DNA of 36,981 nucleotides from Octopus bimaculoides (taxonomy: Eukaryota). A model generated the notes under the pieces. That model saw only the letters and a list, made by a program, of their open reading frames with translations, did not search any database and was not told the origin of the DNA. Location: NCBI RefSeq assembly GCF_001194135.2, contig NC_068994.1:5506140-5543120 (forward strand), given 5' to 3'. This document shows positions 25,272-35,780 of the stretch, piece by piece; position 1 is the first letter of the stretch, and each line of letters opens with the position of its first letter. Position numbers and translations under genes: made by a program.

Positions 25272-25415
25272 AATGTGTTCGTGGATTCTATGGAAATATG
25301 TGTATGGAACGTTGTAAACGCTGTGTAGAGTCTAAATGTGATCAAGTTACGGGACGCTGTGAAAAAGGTTGCAAAATCGGATATTACTGGTCCAATAGTT
25401 TCAATAATTGCACAG
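25272..25415 (+). CDS. Exon 9: EGF repeat (Q)CVRGFYGNMCMERCKRCVESKCDQVTGRCEKGCKIGYYWSNSFNNCT
   Basis: Acceptor ttgttattgcAG, donor G|GTTAGA, 144 nt, 8 Cys. Confidence 0.9.
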
Positions 25416-27269
25416 GTTAGATAAACTTTTAATCTCCTACTCAATGATAACACCGAGAGATTCCATTGCAAACCTTTCTTATATCAGGTTCTACAAATAT
25501 CCATATCCACAACAACTTCACAATTTTACCATTACCAACCTTATATGCTTTGGTGTGAGCATTATTTGAAATTCTAAACATTATTTGAAAATTTTAACCG
25601 TATATTTCTCTTGCAGAGAAAAAAAATCTGCAGAACTTAATGTCTCATTAACTACATTACTTTCTACTGTTATCGCTGAGATTAATTCTGTTTTGTTTTT
25701 GTTTTTTTGTTTTTTATGCAGTAATATATTAAAAAGTAAAGATCGCTTTCTCTAATTACTCTGTCTTCTCTTCTTTTGTTTCTTTTGTTTTCCTCTTTTA
25801 ACATTTGAGTCGCTTTTTTGTTTACCAGTCTTTCTGTTCATTTCACAAATATACAATCCTTCAATGTGTACATGATGACCTTGTCCCTTTTACAAACACA
25901 ATACCCGAATCAATACACAAATCAAGGATATAATGATGAAACCTTAGAAATGTACGCCTCGAATGCTTCCCATAATTTAGAAATCATCCCCAGAGAGAGC
26001 AAATGCATGAGTCATGATCAGTGTTGTCTATAATACACCACTAAGTTCCACACCAGTTTCCTGCTCACATCCATGGGACAACGCTGTTGTCATGAATATT
26101 CTCGAGGAAAAGAAGTCTATTCAACTGACGGGCAATAATTTACTCACAAACACACTCCAATCAATGTCTTACATACGCGTTGTTTCTTCTACATTTTTCT
26201 TTTTTATTATTGTTAAATATATCTTTTGCCGGTCCTCTGTAGTTTTTTTAAATAATACTTCTAGAACTATACCCATTCACCTTATCCTAACCATCTCTCA
26301 ATCCTCTTGAACCCTCACTAAATTCTCTTCTTCCCGTTCTTCCCTCTCAGAACTACAACTATCTGATGACTATCAGGGTCACCATTCTATAAATGTTCAA
26401 ACCGAACATCAATCAACTCAAATAATTTCACCTTTATGGGGAGGCTTAAATATTAATGGATGCCGTCCCACTTATTTATGTATATCTTAAAGTAAAATTG
26501 AGACATTATCCATTATATTGATCATCAGTCATCGTATTAGCATTTTCGTAGCTTCATTTATCATAGATTTGATGAGAGAAGAGAATGAGGATCACAGTAC
26601 ATATGGGTTGCTACAAAGCAACACTTTATTGGGGTTAGAATAAAGTAATCCAGCTGAAAATCAATGGTTGCAGGTAGGTGTCTCGAAATTATAATGTTAT
26701 TGAAGGAGAGACGATGATGCAGGACGTTGTGCCAGCAGCTACAAGGGCTCCCGCAAACGTTATTTATGTTGTTCCATCTCGTTGTAGTCCCCCATAGAGA
26801 ACATTTTCTTTCTGTAACTGCTGGATAGCAGTGGCATTAAGCAAAGGATGGTATAATCGGACGCAGCACTAAAACTTTTCTGTTATCTTTAGAATAGGAA
26901 TTTAACGCCAGTCCTTGTAACCAGGCAAACCTACCCAATAAGATCTTGCTAAATAGGGAGTCTGATTATAGCAAATCCAAAAATATATAAAGTGCTATAA
27001 TATTGTCAATAGAACTGGTGTTATCTTATACATTATCAAACTGAACCTCAATCAACTCATCTGTTTGGGGGAGTAAGGTGAAGGAAATAAACGTGAATTA
27101 AAGAGGAGGAGGCAGCCATCAGGGACCGTAGGCATACAATGTGAAGAATAGGACATAAATGACACCACATCACTTGAATGATTAGTACCACAGTTGCATG
27201 ATAGACAGAAAGATGACCGTTAGATGAATTGTGTGGTAAGGCATGACAGGATCTAGCTTTTGCTTAAAT

Positions 27270-27975
27270 GGACGGTGGTTCTCAAGCACTTCACAGCATC
27301 ATTAATCCCGTTCGTTTTCCATCTTCTACGTGAGGTTCAACATTTTGAAGTCGGTCTTCACTACGTTATCCCACATCTTTCTGGGTCTTCTTCCAAAAGT
27401 TTTATCCAACTATAGCGGTTGCCACGTTCTTATCCAGCTGTTTTATCCATCCGTGCCCCATGACCTTACTAACTCAGTCTTTTCTCTTGCGCATTATTGA
27501 TTCTTATGCCCATTTTTTTTCTCTCAAAACATTTTTCTTTTGCCGTACATGCAAACTAGCTTTGCACATCCAGCAGAGCATGCGAACTTCCTTTCACTCT
27601 ACTTTTTATGTGTTTGTATATTAATCCAAGTTTCAAAGATATGTAGCATTGATAAATAGAAAAAATCTGAGAACGGAGACTTGGCGAACACCTACCTCTA
27701 AACTAAATTCATCGGTGTATTCTTTAACTCACACCTTGCTGACAACATCCCTGTATGTGTCTTGAATGACTCTCAACAGCCGTTTGTTTACAAGCGGCCG
27801 TTACGACTCCGACATCAAGGAATGGAAACTCTGTCAAAAGCTTTCTTTAGAGTGACAATTACCAAGTAGATGGTTTTACTTTTTACTAAATACTTCTTCT
27901 GCAGTAGCTGTATTATAGAGAGAAGATCAATAATACTTCTTGCCCGAACGAAACCAAACTACATTTCGTCTATGC
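27270..27975 (-). mobile_element. RTE-clade LINE remnant (RT to C-terminus)
   Basis: Minus strand reads IDEM*FGFVRARSIIDLLSIIQLLQKKYLVKSKTIYLVIVTLKKAFDR (QFGF...KAFD RT motifs) and GRRPRKMWDNVVKTDFKMLNLT (RTE C-terminal GRPRKTW motif). Many stops. Confidence 0.75.
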
Positions 27976-28089
27976 TCTCTTTCTCCTAATTAATCGAGTC
28001 GTGACTCTTTCAGTAACGTTGATGACCTAGTCCAGTAATTTAAACCCTCTATTGTTACTTCTCACTAAGACATCTCATTTACCCACGTA

Positions 28090-28345
28090 AGAAAGCTAGC
28101 AGAATCATTAGGACGCCCGGCAAAGTCCTTAGCGAAATTTCTTCCGTCTTTACATTCCGAGTTCAAATTTGCGCCGAAGTCGACTTTGTCATTTCCTCGT
28201 TTGTAATAGTACTTAGCGGTTTTTCTGCCGATTACACGTCCAGAGTTCAAATGCCGCCGGGGCTGACTTTTCCTTTCATTATTTCGAGGACGAATAAATA
28301 ACTACCAGTTGAACACTGGGGTCGATGTAATCGACTTACCCACTT
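28090..28345 (+). mobile_element. tRNA-derived SINE (family 2) with duplicated head
   Basis: A-box-like TAGCAGAATCA at 28097, two B-box-like GAGTTCAAAT at 28159 and 28243, tail GGGGTCGATGTAATCGACT. Confidence 0.7.
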
Positions 28346-28637
28346 CCGGGAATTGTGTTATTTAAGAAACCTAATTAGCAGTTGCACAAGATGTTGATAC
28401 ACTATTGAGGTGTATAAAAGTATGATAGAGACGCAGGAACAGGTACCTGGCTGAAGAGGTGAATACAGAGAATTTGAAAGCAATAATATTCTTAGTTAAA
28501 GAATGAATGCCACATATTTTTATATTCTCAGCCTAAAATAATTGTCTCTTGACAAAGAATTTGTGTAACATATCCAACATTTTCGTGATATAAGCACACA
28601 TACATACATACATATATATATATATATAGAATATATA

Positions 28638-29808
28638 TCTACTACATATGTGGAAAATCGATGTGTGTTTGTTTGTGGTGTTGTTTGCTAACTCCTCCTA
28701 CATCGTTTTATTGATTTTGATGAAACTTGACACGTGAGTAGAACTCATGTCTTGAAACCTCGTGACATACTAAGATTGTGGAAAAAATTGATAATACGGC
28801 CCTGAAAGAGACCTTTATATCTACCTCATATAACTAATTTTTTTAAGCCCCCAAGAGAAATAACCCATAGCACCTGCACAATATTTTTTTAAACACTCAA
28901 CGAAAATAACCCATTTCGTTTTTTATGCTCGATTACTTCGAATATTCATTTTTTGTGTGTCCTATTTCTAATTTTTGCAGATAATATAAATTTTATACTT
29001 TATTTAACACGTGAGTAGAACTCATGTCTGGAAACCTTGTGACATACTTAGATTGTTGAAAAAAATCGATAATAATCTATTGGCCCTTCCAATAGATCTT
29101 TCTATCTACTACATATTACTAATATTTTATTTAAACAACCCAAGGGAAATAACCCATACCACCTGCAGTTTTTAGCGAAGCGATCAATATTTGATTCTCA
29201 CGATCAGCCGACCTAATTCTGCATGTCACTACTCACAGTTTTGAACTGCCAAACATTATTATTACACTTCTTTAATGTGAATCTTGAACCTTTAAGACTT
29301 CGTTCATACATTTCTATACATACATACTTTTTGAATGCCCATTACTCCGATAATTCTGCATTTTTAAAGTTACACTTTTTCCATGACAGTAGATAAATTA
29401 TTTATTCCACAACGTATTTATAGTGGCTTCATTCAGGCATAGCGTGGGTTTGATCCTCGATTGCCAAATTTCACTTAACACTTCAGTAGCGCTTTTCTCA
29501 CGGTAAAACAATAGTTTTCCTTTGAATGGCAGTAGTTATACATTTCCGAGATGTCTTCTCTAAGCAGAATAATGTATTTGCGTCTCGCCAACCTCAGGAA
29601 ACTTCTCTATCCAACCTCCGAAAACCTTTCTCACCAACCTCCAACAATCTCCCCCTCCTCCACCTGACACCTTTTTGCACTTTTTTGTGATGGAAAATAC
29701 ACCATTTGTGGCAGTTATACCGAAATTGCTTTCTTATATCAGAGTATTAAAGCGTTTCAATACAACATCTTTACCCCCCACCCGGGAATTACCCGGTACA
29801 CCAGCTAG
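28638..29808 (+). mobile_element. Probable non-autonomous Helitron
   Basis: A|TC 5' end within a TA tract. 3' hairpin CCGGG-AATTA-CCCGG (29782-29796), 8 nt, then CTAG|T. The 5' pairing with this 3' end is inferred. Confidence 0.55.
28730..29167 (+). repeat. Imperfect direct repeat of ~150 bp (28730-28878 and 29007-29167)
   Basis: ACACGTGAGTAGAACTCATGTCT.GAAACCT.GTGACATACT...AAATAACCCATA.CACCTGCA occurs twice. Confidence 0.85.
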
Positions 29809-29809
29809 T

Positions 29810-29840
<31 letters not shown>

Positions 29841-29963
29841 NNNNNNNNNNNNNNNNNNNNNNNNNNNNNNNNNNNNNNNNNNNNNNNNNNNNNNNNNNNN
29901 NNNNNNNNNNNNNNNNNNNNNNNNNNNNNNNNNNNNNNNNNNNNNNNNNNNNNNNNNNNNNNN
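29841..29963. other. Assembly gap within a (TA)n tract
   Basis: Ns flanked by TA repeats. Confidence 1.
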
Positions 29964-30213
29964 TATATATATTTCTGTGTGAGTTAGAGGTTGAGAAACC
30001 AACTAAGGGAGAGTACCTATGCAATATACTGAGAACGACTATATTCACCTACCCACCACTGGACGAAATAACATGGGTCTTATAATATATTACGGGACGT
30101 CTTATCTTATTCCCCATTGCTTTACCCAAATCATTGTACTATGATGCACTGCATTTGAATTTCCCATGATAGATCGCTAGCCACTATACCGTTTTCTATT
30201 TTCACTCATTGTT

Positions 30214-30252
30214 CCTTTCTGTCGAAGAGCGTAGGCTCGAAACGTAAAAGAA
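30214..30252 (+). ncRNA. Minimal type-I hammerhead-ribozyme-like motif (Penelope-type), A6U variant
   Basis: CUUU-CUGUCGA-A-GAGC(GUAG)GCUC-GAAAC-GUA-AAAG: 4-bp stem I, 4-bp stem II, palindromic ACGU stem III. Confidence 0.5.
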
Positions 30253-30524
30253 TTTCTCACTTCCTGAGCGTTAAACTAATACATCTGGTTGTTGTTTACA
30301 CACTCGTCTTCGTCAAGGATAATATACAAAAGTTGTTGAAGAAATACGTTTGTTTGTTCATGATTATTTATAATTATCCATAATTAATATCTCACTAAAT
30401 TTCATTTTACCCGATTCTTTGATCGTTTCATCCACAGTTATGTGTCATTGGTCAAAGTTTATTTATCTCAATCTAGTGTCTGTAGTGTTAAAAGAAATAA
30501 GATATATGTCATCTATATTATATC

Positions 30525-30643
30525 ATAATATAGTATAGATGACATAATAGCAATTCACATGTGATGTGCCAATTTCTTAACCCTATATATGGAACATGTC
30601 CAGGCGTGTGATGCAGGATACACCGGATATAAATGCCAAGAAG
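30525..30643 (+). pseudogene. Decayed copy (A') of the type-A EGF exon
   Basis: Its 3' end TGTGATGCAGGATACACCGGATATAAATGCCAAGAAG|GTTATT matches exon 35276-35404. A 2-nt deletion (GGCG-TGT vs GGTGATTGT) shifts the frame. The 5' part is eroded, so the start is approximate. Confidence 0.7.
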
Positions 30644-30909
30644 GTTATTTTCAATACTTTTAAATCCAATATTCCAAAATTCTTTATATTTGATTTAGCG
30701 TTTCTGAACGTAGTTGACTTTTTTTCTTTATCCTCAAAGACTACTTCAATGTTAACTTATCTGATATTTCTCTAAGGAGATACAGTAAAAAGTGTATCAC
30801 TAACATCATAGTCAAATCTCTAAAGTAGAAAATAATCGTTATCTCCATAACTTTTATTGCGTGTAGCCAATGATAACTTATGTATTGGTTTTTGTATTGA
30901 TATTTTCAG

Positions 30910-31044
30910 AATGTGAAGTTGGTAGATTTGGTAAAAATTGTACTAAGACATGTCATTGTTTCGAGAACAAACCCTGTAACAGAAAATTTGGAAACTGTTC
31001 AGATGGATGTTCTGCTGGATATAAAGGCAACAATTGTCAAAAAG
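30910..31044 (+). CDS. EGF exon B1: ECEVGRFGKNCTKTCHCFENKPCNRKFGNCSDGCSAGYKGNNCQK
   Basis: Acceptor atattttcAG, donor G|GTATAA, 135 nt, 8 Cys. Confidence 0.9.
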
Positions 31045-31303
31045 GTATAATTTAAATCTATATAACATTTTAGATAAATATGTTTAAATTAATGCAGCTG
31101 ACTCTTACTTTATATTTCCTTTTGTCAATAAGACTGCTTCAATGTTAACTCATATCTGAGTTATTTTTTTAAAGATGAGACAATAAAAAGCGTGTCATTG
31201 ACATCTCATTTATATCTCTGATATCGGAAACTATTACGGCCATTAATTATATTGTGTGTAGCTAATTGTATCTAACCTATTGTTTTTGTATTAATATTTT
31301 CAG

Positions 31304-31438
31304 AATGTGAAGTTGGTAGATTTGGTAGCAATTGTGCTAATATATGTCATTGTATTGACAACAAAAACTGCAGCAGGCAATTTGGAAATTGCTCAGATGG
31401 ATGTTCTGCTGGATATAAAGGCGACTACTGTCAAAAAG
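31304..31438 (+). CDS. EGF exon B2: ECEVGRFGSNCANICHCIDNKNCSRQFGNCSDGCSAGYKGDYCQK
   Basis: Tandem duplicate of B1 at 394-nt offset, same splice sites, 135 nt, 8 Cys. Absent from the ORF track. Confidence 0.9.
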
Positions 31439-31540
31439 GTATAATTTAAATCTATATAACATTCTAGATAAATATGTTTAAATCAATGCAGCTGATTTCC
31501 TTGTATCAATAACGCGATAATGGAGATTTGCAAGCCAGTA

Positions 31541-31655
31541 TACCGAGGAAGGCTGAAAGGTTCATAGGCTGACTATGAAGGAGTGATGCTATAGCTGTAA
31601 AAGTTTTCACGCATCAACATCAAGTCTTCTGAATTGTTTCTTTCCAAGTAAATCT
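31541..31655 (+). mobile_element. Probable mariner/Tc1 left-end fragment
   Basis: TA followed by TACCGAGGAAGGCTGAAAGGTTCATAGGCTGAC resembles mariner termini (from recall). It lies in a segment that interrupts the homology between the introns after B2 and after B3. Confidence 0.45.
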
Positions 31656-31870
31656 ATAAAGTTGACAATTATCTGCAAGTTATCATTTATACCGATACAG
31701 AATCTTGATTCTTATTGCATATTTTCCTGCTATTTCAATACTCTACTAATGGAAATGTGGTCTACACAGGTTTATAATCAAGTATATATTTTCCAATCTT
31801 TTATTCATTTAATACTTCGAAAAGTTATATTGAAAGGTGTGCGTGTGTGTATGTCTATATTTGTGAGTGT

Positions 31871-31908
<38 letters not shown>

Positions 31909-31926
31909 TCATGAGTTTATATATAT

Positions 31927-31981
<55 letters not shown>

Positions 31982-32254
31982 TGATAAAAGCTTAGAAAAC
32001 AATTTGTGGGTATGTATAAATATCTCGTTTATTTCCCACGTATATCCTGTTGCAGTCAGAAAAGCCATTCGGTTGATTTAAAGATGAGCTAATCCGGGGC
32101 TATCTATTTTATTAATAATTTCCGTTGGCTTGTTGCACCGAATTCAACACAAGCGTTTGTGATTTCTTTAGTGGTGAGACGATTTAACGTCTATTTCTCA
32201 GCATATAGGTTAGAAAATGTTTTATTTCTATATTGGTTCTATATCTATACACGT

Positions 32255-32530
32255 ATATGTATGTGTGTATGTATATGTGTATGCATGCATGTAATTATAC
32301 ATATATGCATGTTTGTATGTATATGTGTATGTAAGCATGTATGTATATATGGATTGATACATGTATGTATGTATGTATGTATGCCTGTATGTTTGTATCT
32401 GTCTATCCATACATCCACATATATACGTATGTGTGTATGTATGTATGTTTGTATTATGCATGTATGTATGTATGTTTGTATGTATGTATGTATGTATGTA
32501 TGTATGTATGTATGTGCTGGTGTGTGTGTG
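32255..32530. repeat. Degenerate (ATGT)n/(TG)n tract
   Basis: Direct inspection. Confidence 0.9.
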
Positions 32531-33279
32531 CGCCTGTATGCATATATCAGGCACTCAATACATACACGCACAAACACCTAGCTTCTAAACAGACACATTC
32601 ACACAGAACTTAATTACAGGTGTGTAATCTTACATATATGCCCATATAAACTCAACCATATATTTACAAACCCCAGAAACTGTCTAAACGCAGACATTTT
32701 GTCACTTTCGAGCGACTGGCTTGTTATCCCTGAAGAAGAATTTAAACAAATCTCAAAGAAAGACATATTCTTATAGACTTTAATTTTGTGTCTGGATATC
32801 CCTAACATTATTTCTTGGTTGTCAATTTTAATTGATTTAATGTGAAAATATCCTGATACTCTATATTAAATATAACAGTTTCATTTGTTTTATTTCTTGT
32901 GACAAACCATATGTAGAAGGATTACTTAAATATAAATAGATATCGTTAACTCATTTATATTTATGGTGAAATATCAATAATATTCGTTAGATGTATAATA
33001 TTCGGTTGGTGGTTCAAATAACATTTATTTTTCCATTTTTAAATACAGGTGATTATCGAAATTGTGAATTATTAAAAGTCATTTAAAATGATTTCCTTAC
33101 TATGATGGAGGATTATGATGTCATAAACTGATAGAATATTTGAATTATAGTCATTATATTTATGACCATACAGACTGTAGTTGTGTGTAGGTTTTTACAT
33201 TTACTTTTTACATTTATTAATGGAGCTATTTTCATTGAATGGCTTGACCAAAATTCCCATGTAACTATTTTTATATTAG

Positions 33280-33412
33280 TCTGTTCTAGTCATACATTTG
33301 GTCACGAATATAAAAAGTCGTGTCATTGTTCCGAAAAATGTAACCACATCGAAGGATCGTGATGTGATGCAGGATTGTGACGCAGTATTCACCGGACTGA
33401 AATGCCAAGAAG
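33280..33412 (+). pseudogene. Pseudo-exon (A'') of the type-A EGF exon: CSSHTFGHEYKKSCHCSEKCNHIEGS* ... DCDAVFTGLKCQE
   Basis: AG and GTTATT splice sites retained, but length is 133 nt (frameshift), with an in-frame TGA and the second Cys changed to Tyr. Confidence 0.78.
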
Positions 33413-34678
33413 GTTATTTTCCGTAAAAGGTCCAATAACATGAAGAGAGTACTATGGCTAAGGCATTCAGGATACGGAAGAAGGTTTACTCCTGCACATG
33501 TGTCACACAAGCCTACCGCAGTGTGATACATGAACGATTTCCAATGTTTAAGAATTAGATAAGCACTCTGACTTCAAGGATAAAACTGAGAAATTAAGAG
33601 ATAACAGAGTAAACTGTAAATAAATTGTTGTGTGTGTAGAGAATTGCTGCTGTATCTTGAATAAGTAACATCAGGAATCTTCAGACATTGATTTAGAGGT
33701 CCAAGTTGATGGTTGCTGGCGGCTGCAGGATGGGAAGACTGAGAGAGAGAGAGTGGGCAGGGAGAATTAGAGAGAGAAAGTAAGTCAGCCATAGAAAAGT
33801 TAACAATCTATTCCAGATATAAGTATCATATTCTTTTCTATATCAAATAATGCATGCAGCAAATAGATGTCGTTTATAAAAGTTGAAGAGTATCTATAAT
33901 TACGTAAAGCCTTTGAATTTCTTTTGTCGAACCGCTGTTATGAAAACGTACACGCAATAAAACCAGATGTTAAACGCATTTATCCCCTATTCTTCATATT
34001 GCGTCCTTATTACAGTCCCTCATGATTGCTTCATCTCCTTCTTTTGACTTCACTTCACCTCCTCCAAACTGATATTCATGTAACCCTACCTCTAAACATC
34101 CGTCAAACTCTTTTTAGTTTCTAGCACAGTTACTTAAATCCCATTAATCCACCATGTTTTGGTTCATTTATCCTTATTCTCGTTCAGAACTTTACTGTAC
34201 ATTAAAATATGCCCTCACCATTTCTCTCTCTCCCTCTTTCTCTCTCCCTTTCTCTCTCACCCCTCTCTCTCTCCCTCTCTTTCCATCTGGAGAATCTTCA
34301 TGAAGATACTTGTTCCTCTCTCTCTATCATACATTCATATCCCTCAGTGATGTACCCCACACAGTCTTACGAGAACTTCGTGACATCACTAGTGCTGGTG
34401 CCACAACAAAAGCACCCAGTAAACACAGTAAAGCGGTTGGCGTTAAGCCTCTTGTTTTCGTTTTATGCAGAGGTTGTCTACGTCACTGTTTACGTGGAAA
34501 TTATGGCTGCTTGTTAGTATTTTTCGAGTTTTTACATCAATGGTTCGCATCTTATCAGGTGTCCAACCAAGCAGATCAAATGTTGGTATGAGTACTGGCA
34601 CTGCAAACACATTGCGGGCCACTGTTTTATTGAATGGAGAGAGTGCTGAAGTTCTTTTTTTTTTTTTTTTGCTGTATC

Positions 34679-34724
34679 TATGTATGTATGTATGTATGTA
34701 TGTATGTATGTATGTATGTATGTA
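34679..34724. repeat. (ATGT)n microsatellite
   Basis: Direct inspection. Confidence 0.95.
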
Positions 34725-34879
34725 GACATAATTCTTTCACAAGCCGTAGGAGAAAACAAATAAAACTGGTTACACAATTTACACGACGGAATGATGTATA
34801 AGAAACCGCGATCACGAAATTCTCTCTAGAAAGGACGGCGCTTCGTTGCAGGACTAAATGCGAGCAATATTGAGTGAAG

Positions 34880-34945
34880 GGGAAAAACAATTACATCGAC
34901 CCCCCCCACCAGTACTTGACTGATACCTTATTTCATTGGTCCCAG
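34880..34945 (-). mobile_element. SINE family 2 tail fragment
   Basis: ATTACATCGACCCC...CAGTACTTGACTG matches the family 2 tail in reverse. Confidence 0.5.
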
Positions 34946-35275
34946 GTATTTAATAATGTTACTTATGAATATGTTTGATTGATGGAAGGGGTATGATGCT
35001 TTTTAGTCCATTTTCTAAATACAGGCTCTTGTTATGATTTGCGGACTTGAAGCCGCTACTAGTTAAAGTTATTCTCTTACTATGAAGGTGCTTTTCACGT
35101 ATTATCAATTGTCCTGATAATGAATTCGTAAAATGCTAGAATTACAGCCTTAATATGTATAGAAAAACAATTTCTGAGTGTGGCTAAGTGTTTACATTTA
35201 TTCATCGATGTATCATGACCAGAATTTTGTGATGCAGAATACTCCGGATTCATTTCCAACAATACTTTATTTCAG

Positions 35276-35404
35276 AATGTTCCAATGGTACCTTTGGTCA
35301 CAATTGTAATGGTTCTTGTCATTGTTCCCTACCATGTTTCCACGTAAATGGATCGTGTCAAGGTGATTGTGATGCAGGATACACCGGATACAACTGCCAA
35401 AAAG
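35276..35404 (+). CDS. EGF exon A (intact): ECSNGTFGHNCNGSCHCSLPCFHVNGSCQGDCDAGYTGYNCQK
   Basis: Acceptor ctttatttcAG, donor G|GTTATT, 129 nt, 8 Cys, phase 1-1. Confidence 0.88.
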
Positions 35405-35645
35405 GTTATTTTCTATACGTTATTCCAAAATTATTAAATTACTTTTTATATTTGATTTAATTGTTCTACTTGTTCAATCTTGTTTATGATAACATATTAC
35501 GTTAAGGGAAACAAATGTTTAATGTTTATTTACAAACATACAATATCTTAATTATATTTCTGAAGTAGAAAAGTATTATAGACATAACGTTCATTATATT
35601 CAACACAGGATATCTAATATTATTTGTTTATACTAATATTTTCAG

Positions 35646-35780
35646 AATGTGAAGGAGATAGATTTGGTGTAAACTGTAACAGTGTATGTCACTGTGTCGA
35701 CAACAAAAACTGCAGCAGACGAAATGGAATATGTCTAGATGGATGTGCTGCTGGATATGAAGGCGACAATTGTCAACAAG
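35646..35780 (+). CDS. EGF exon B3: ECEGDRFGVNCNSVCHCVDNKNCSRRNGICLDGCAAGYEGDNCQQ
   Basis: Acceptor atattttcAG, donor G|GTATAA, 135 nt, 8 Cys. Confidence 0.9.

Larger units (their letters stand above)
30736..31497 (+). repeat. Direct tandem duplication of a ~390-bp intron-exon-intron unit carrying B1 and B2
   Basis: Upstream (aagact.cttcaatgttaact) and downstream (gtataatttaaatctatataacatt...) intron segments recur at about 394-nt spacing. Confidence 0.9.
2810..35780 (+). other. Multi-exon gene (5' portion) for an extracellular or cell-surface protein with MEGF10/Draper-type EGF repeats and F-type lectin (FTP, F5/8 type C) domains; 3' end probably beyond the window
   Basis: At least 13 AG/GT-bounded exons traced by hand. 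Complete internal exons are 87-189 nt, multiples of 3 and phase 1-1, and they join in one open frame where junctions are visible. Many N-x-S/T sequons. No convincing constitutive TM or stop exon seen. Confidence 0.88.

Noticed and set aside
25940-26800. Possible degenerate Gypsy gag/LTR on the minus strand
   Set aside because: No diagnostic motif was recovered in any frame.
30910-31438. Repeat-spacer-like arrangement suggesting CRISPR
   Set aside because: These are duplicated coding exons with splice sites in a eukaryotic context, and no cas genes are present.
32159-32613. Six overlapping ORFs (YVCM/HTYI-rich)
   Set aside because: (ATGT)n microsatellite has no stop codon in several frames. 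The same applies to 3006-3337, 16075-16348 and 20228-20608.
32990-33100. Acceptor-like TTTTAAATACAG at ~33048
   Set aside because: The phase-1 frame hits a stop after about 12 codons and has no EGF pattern.
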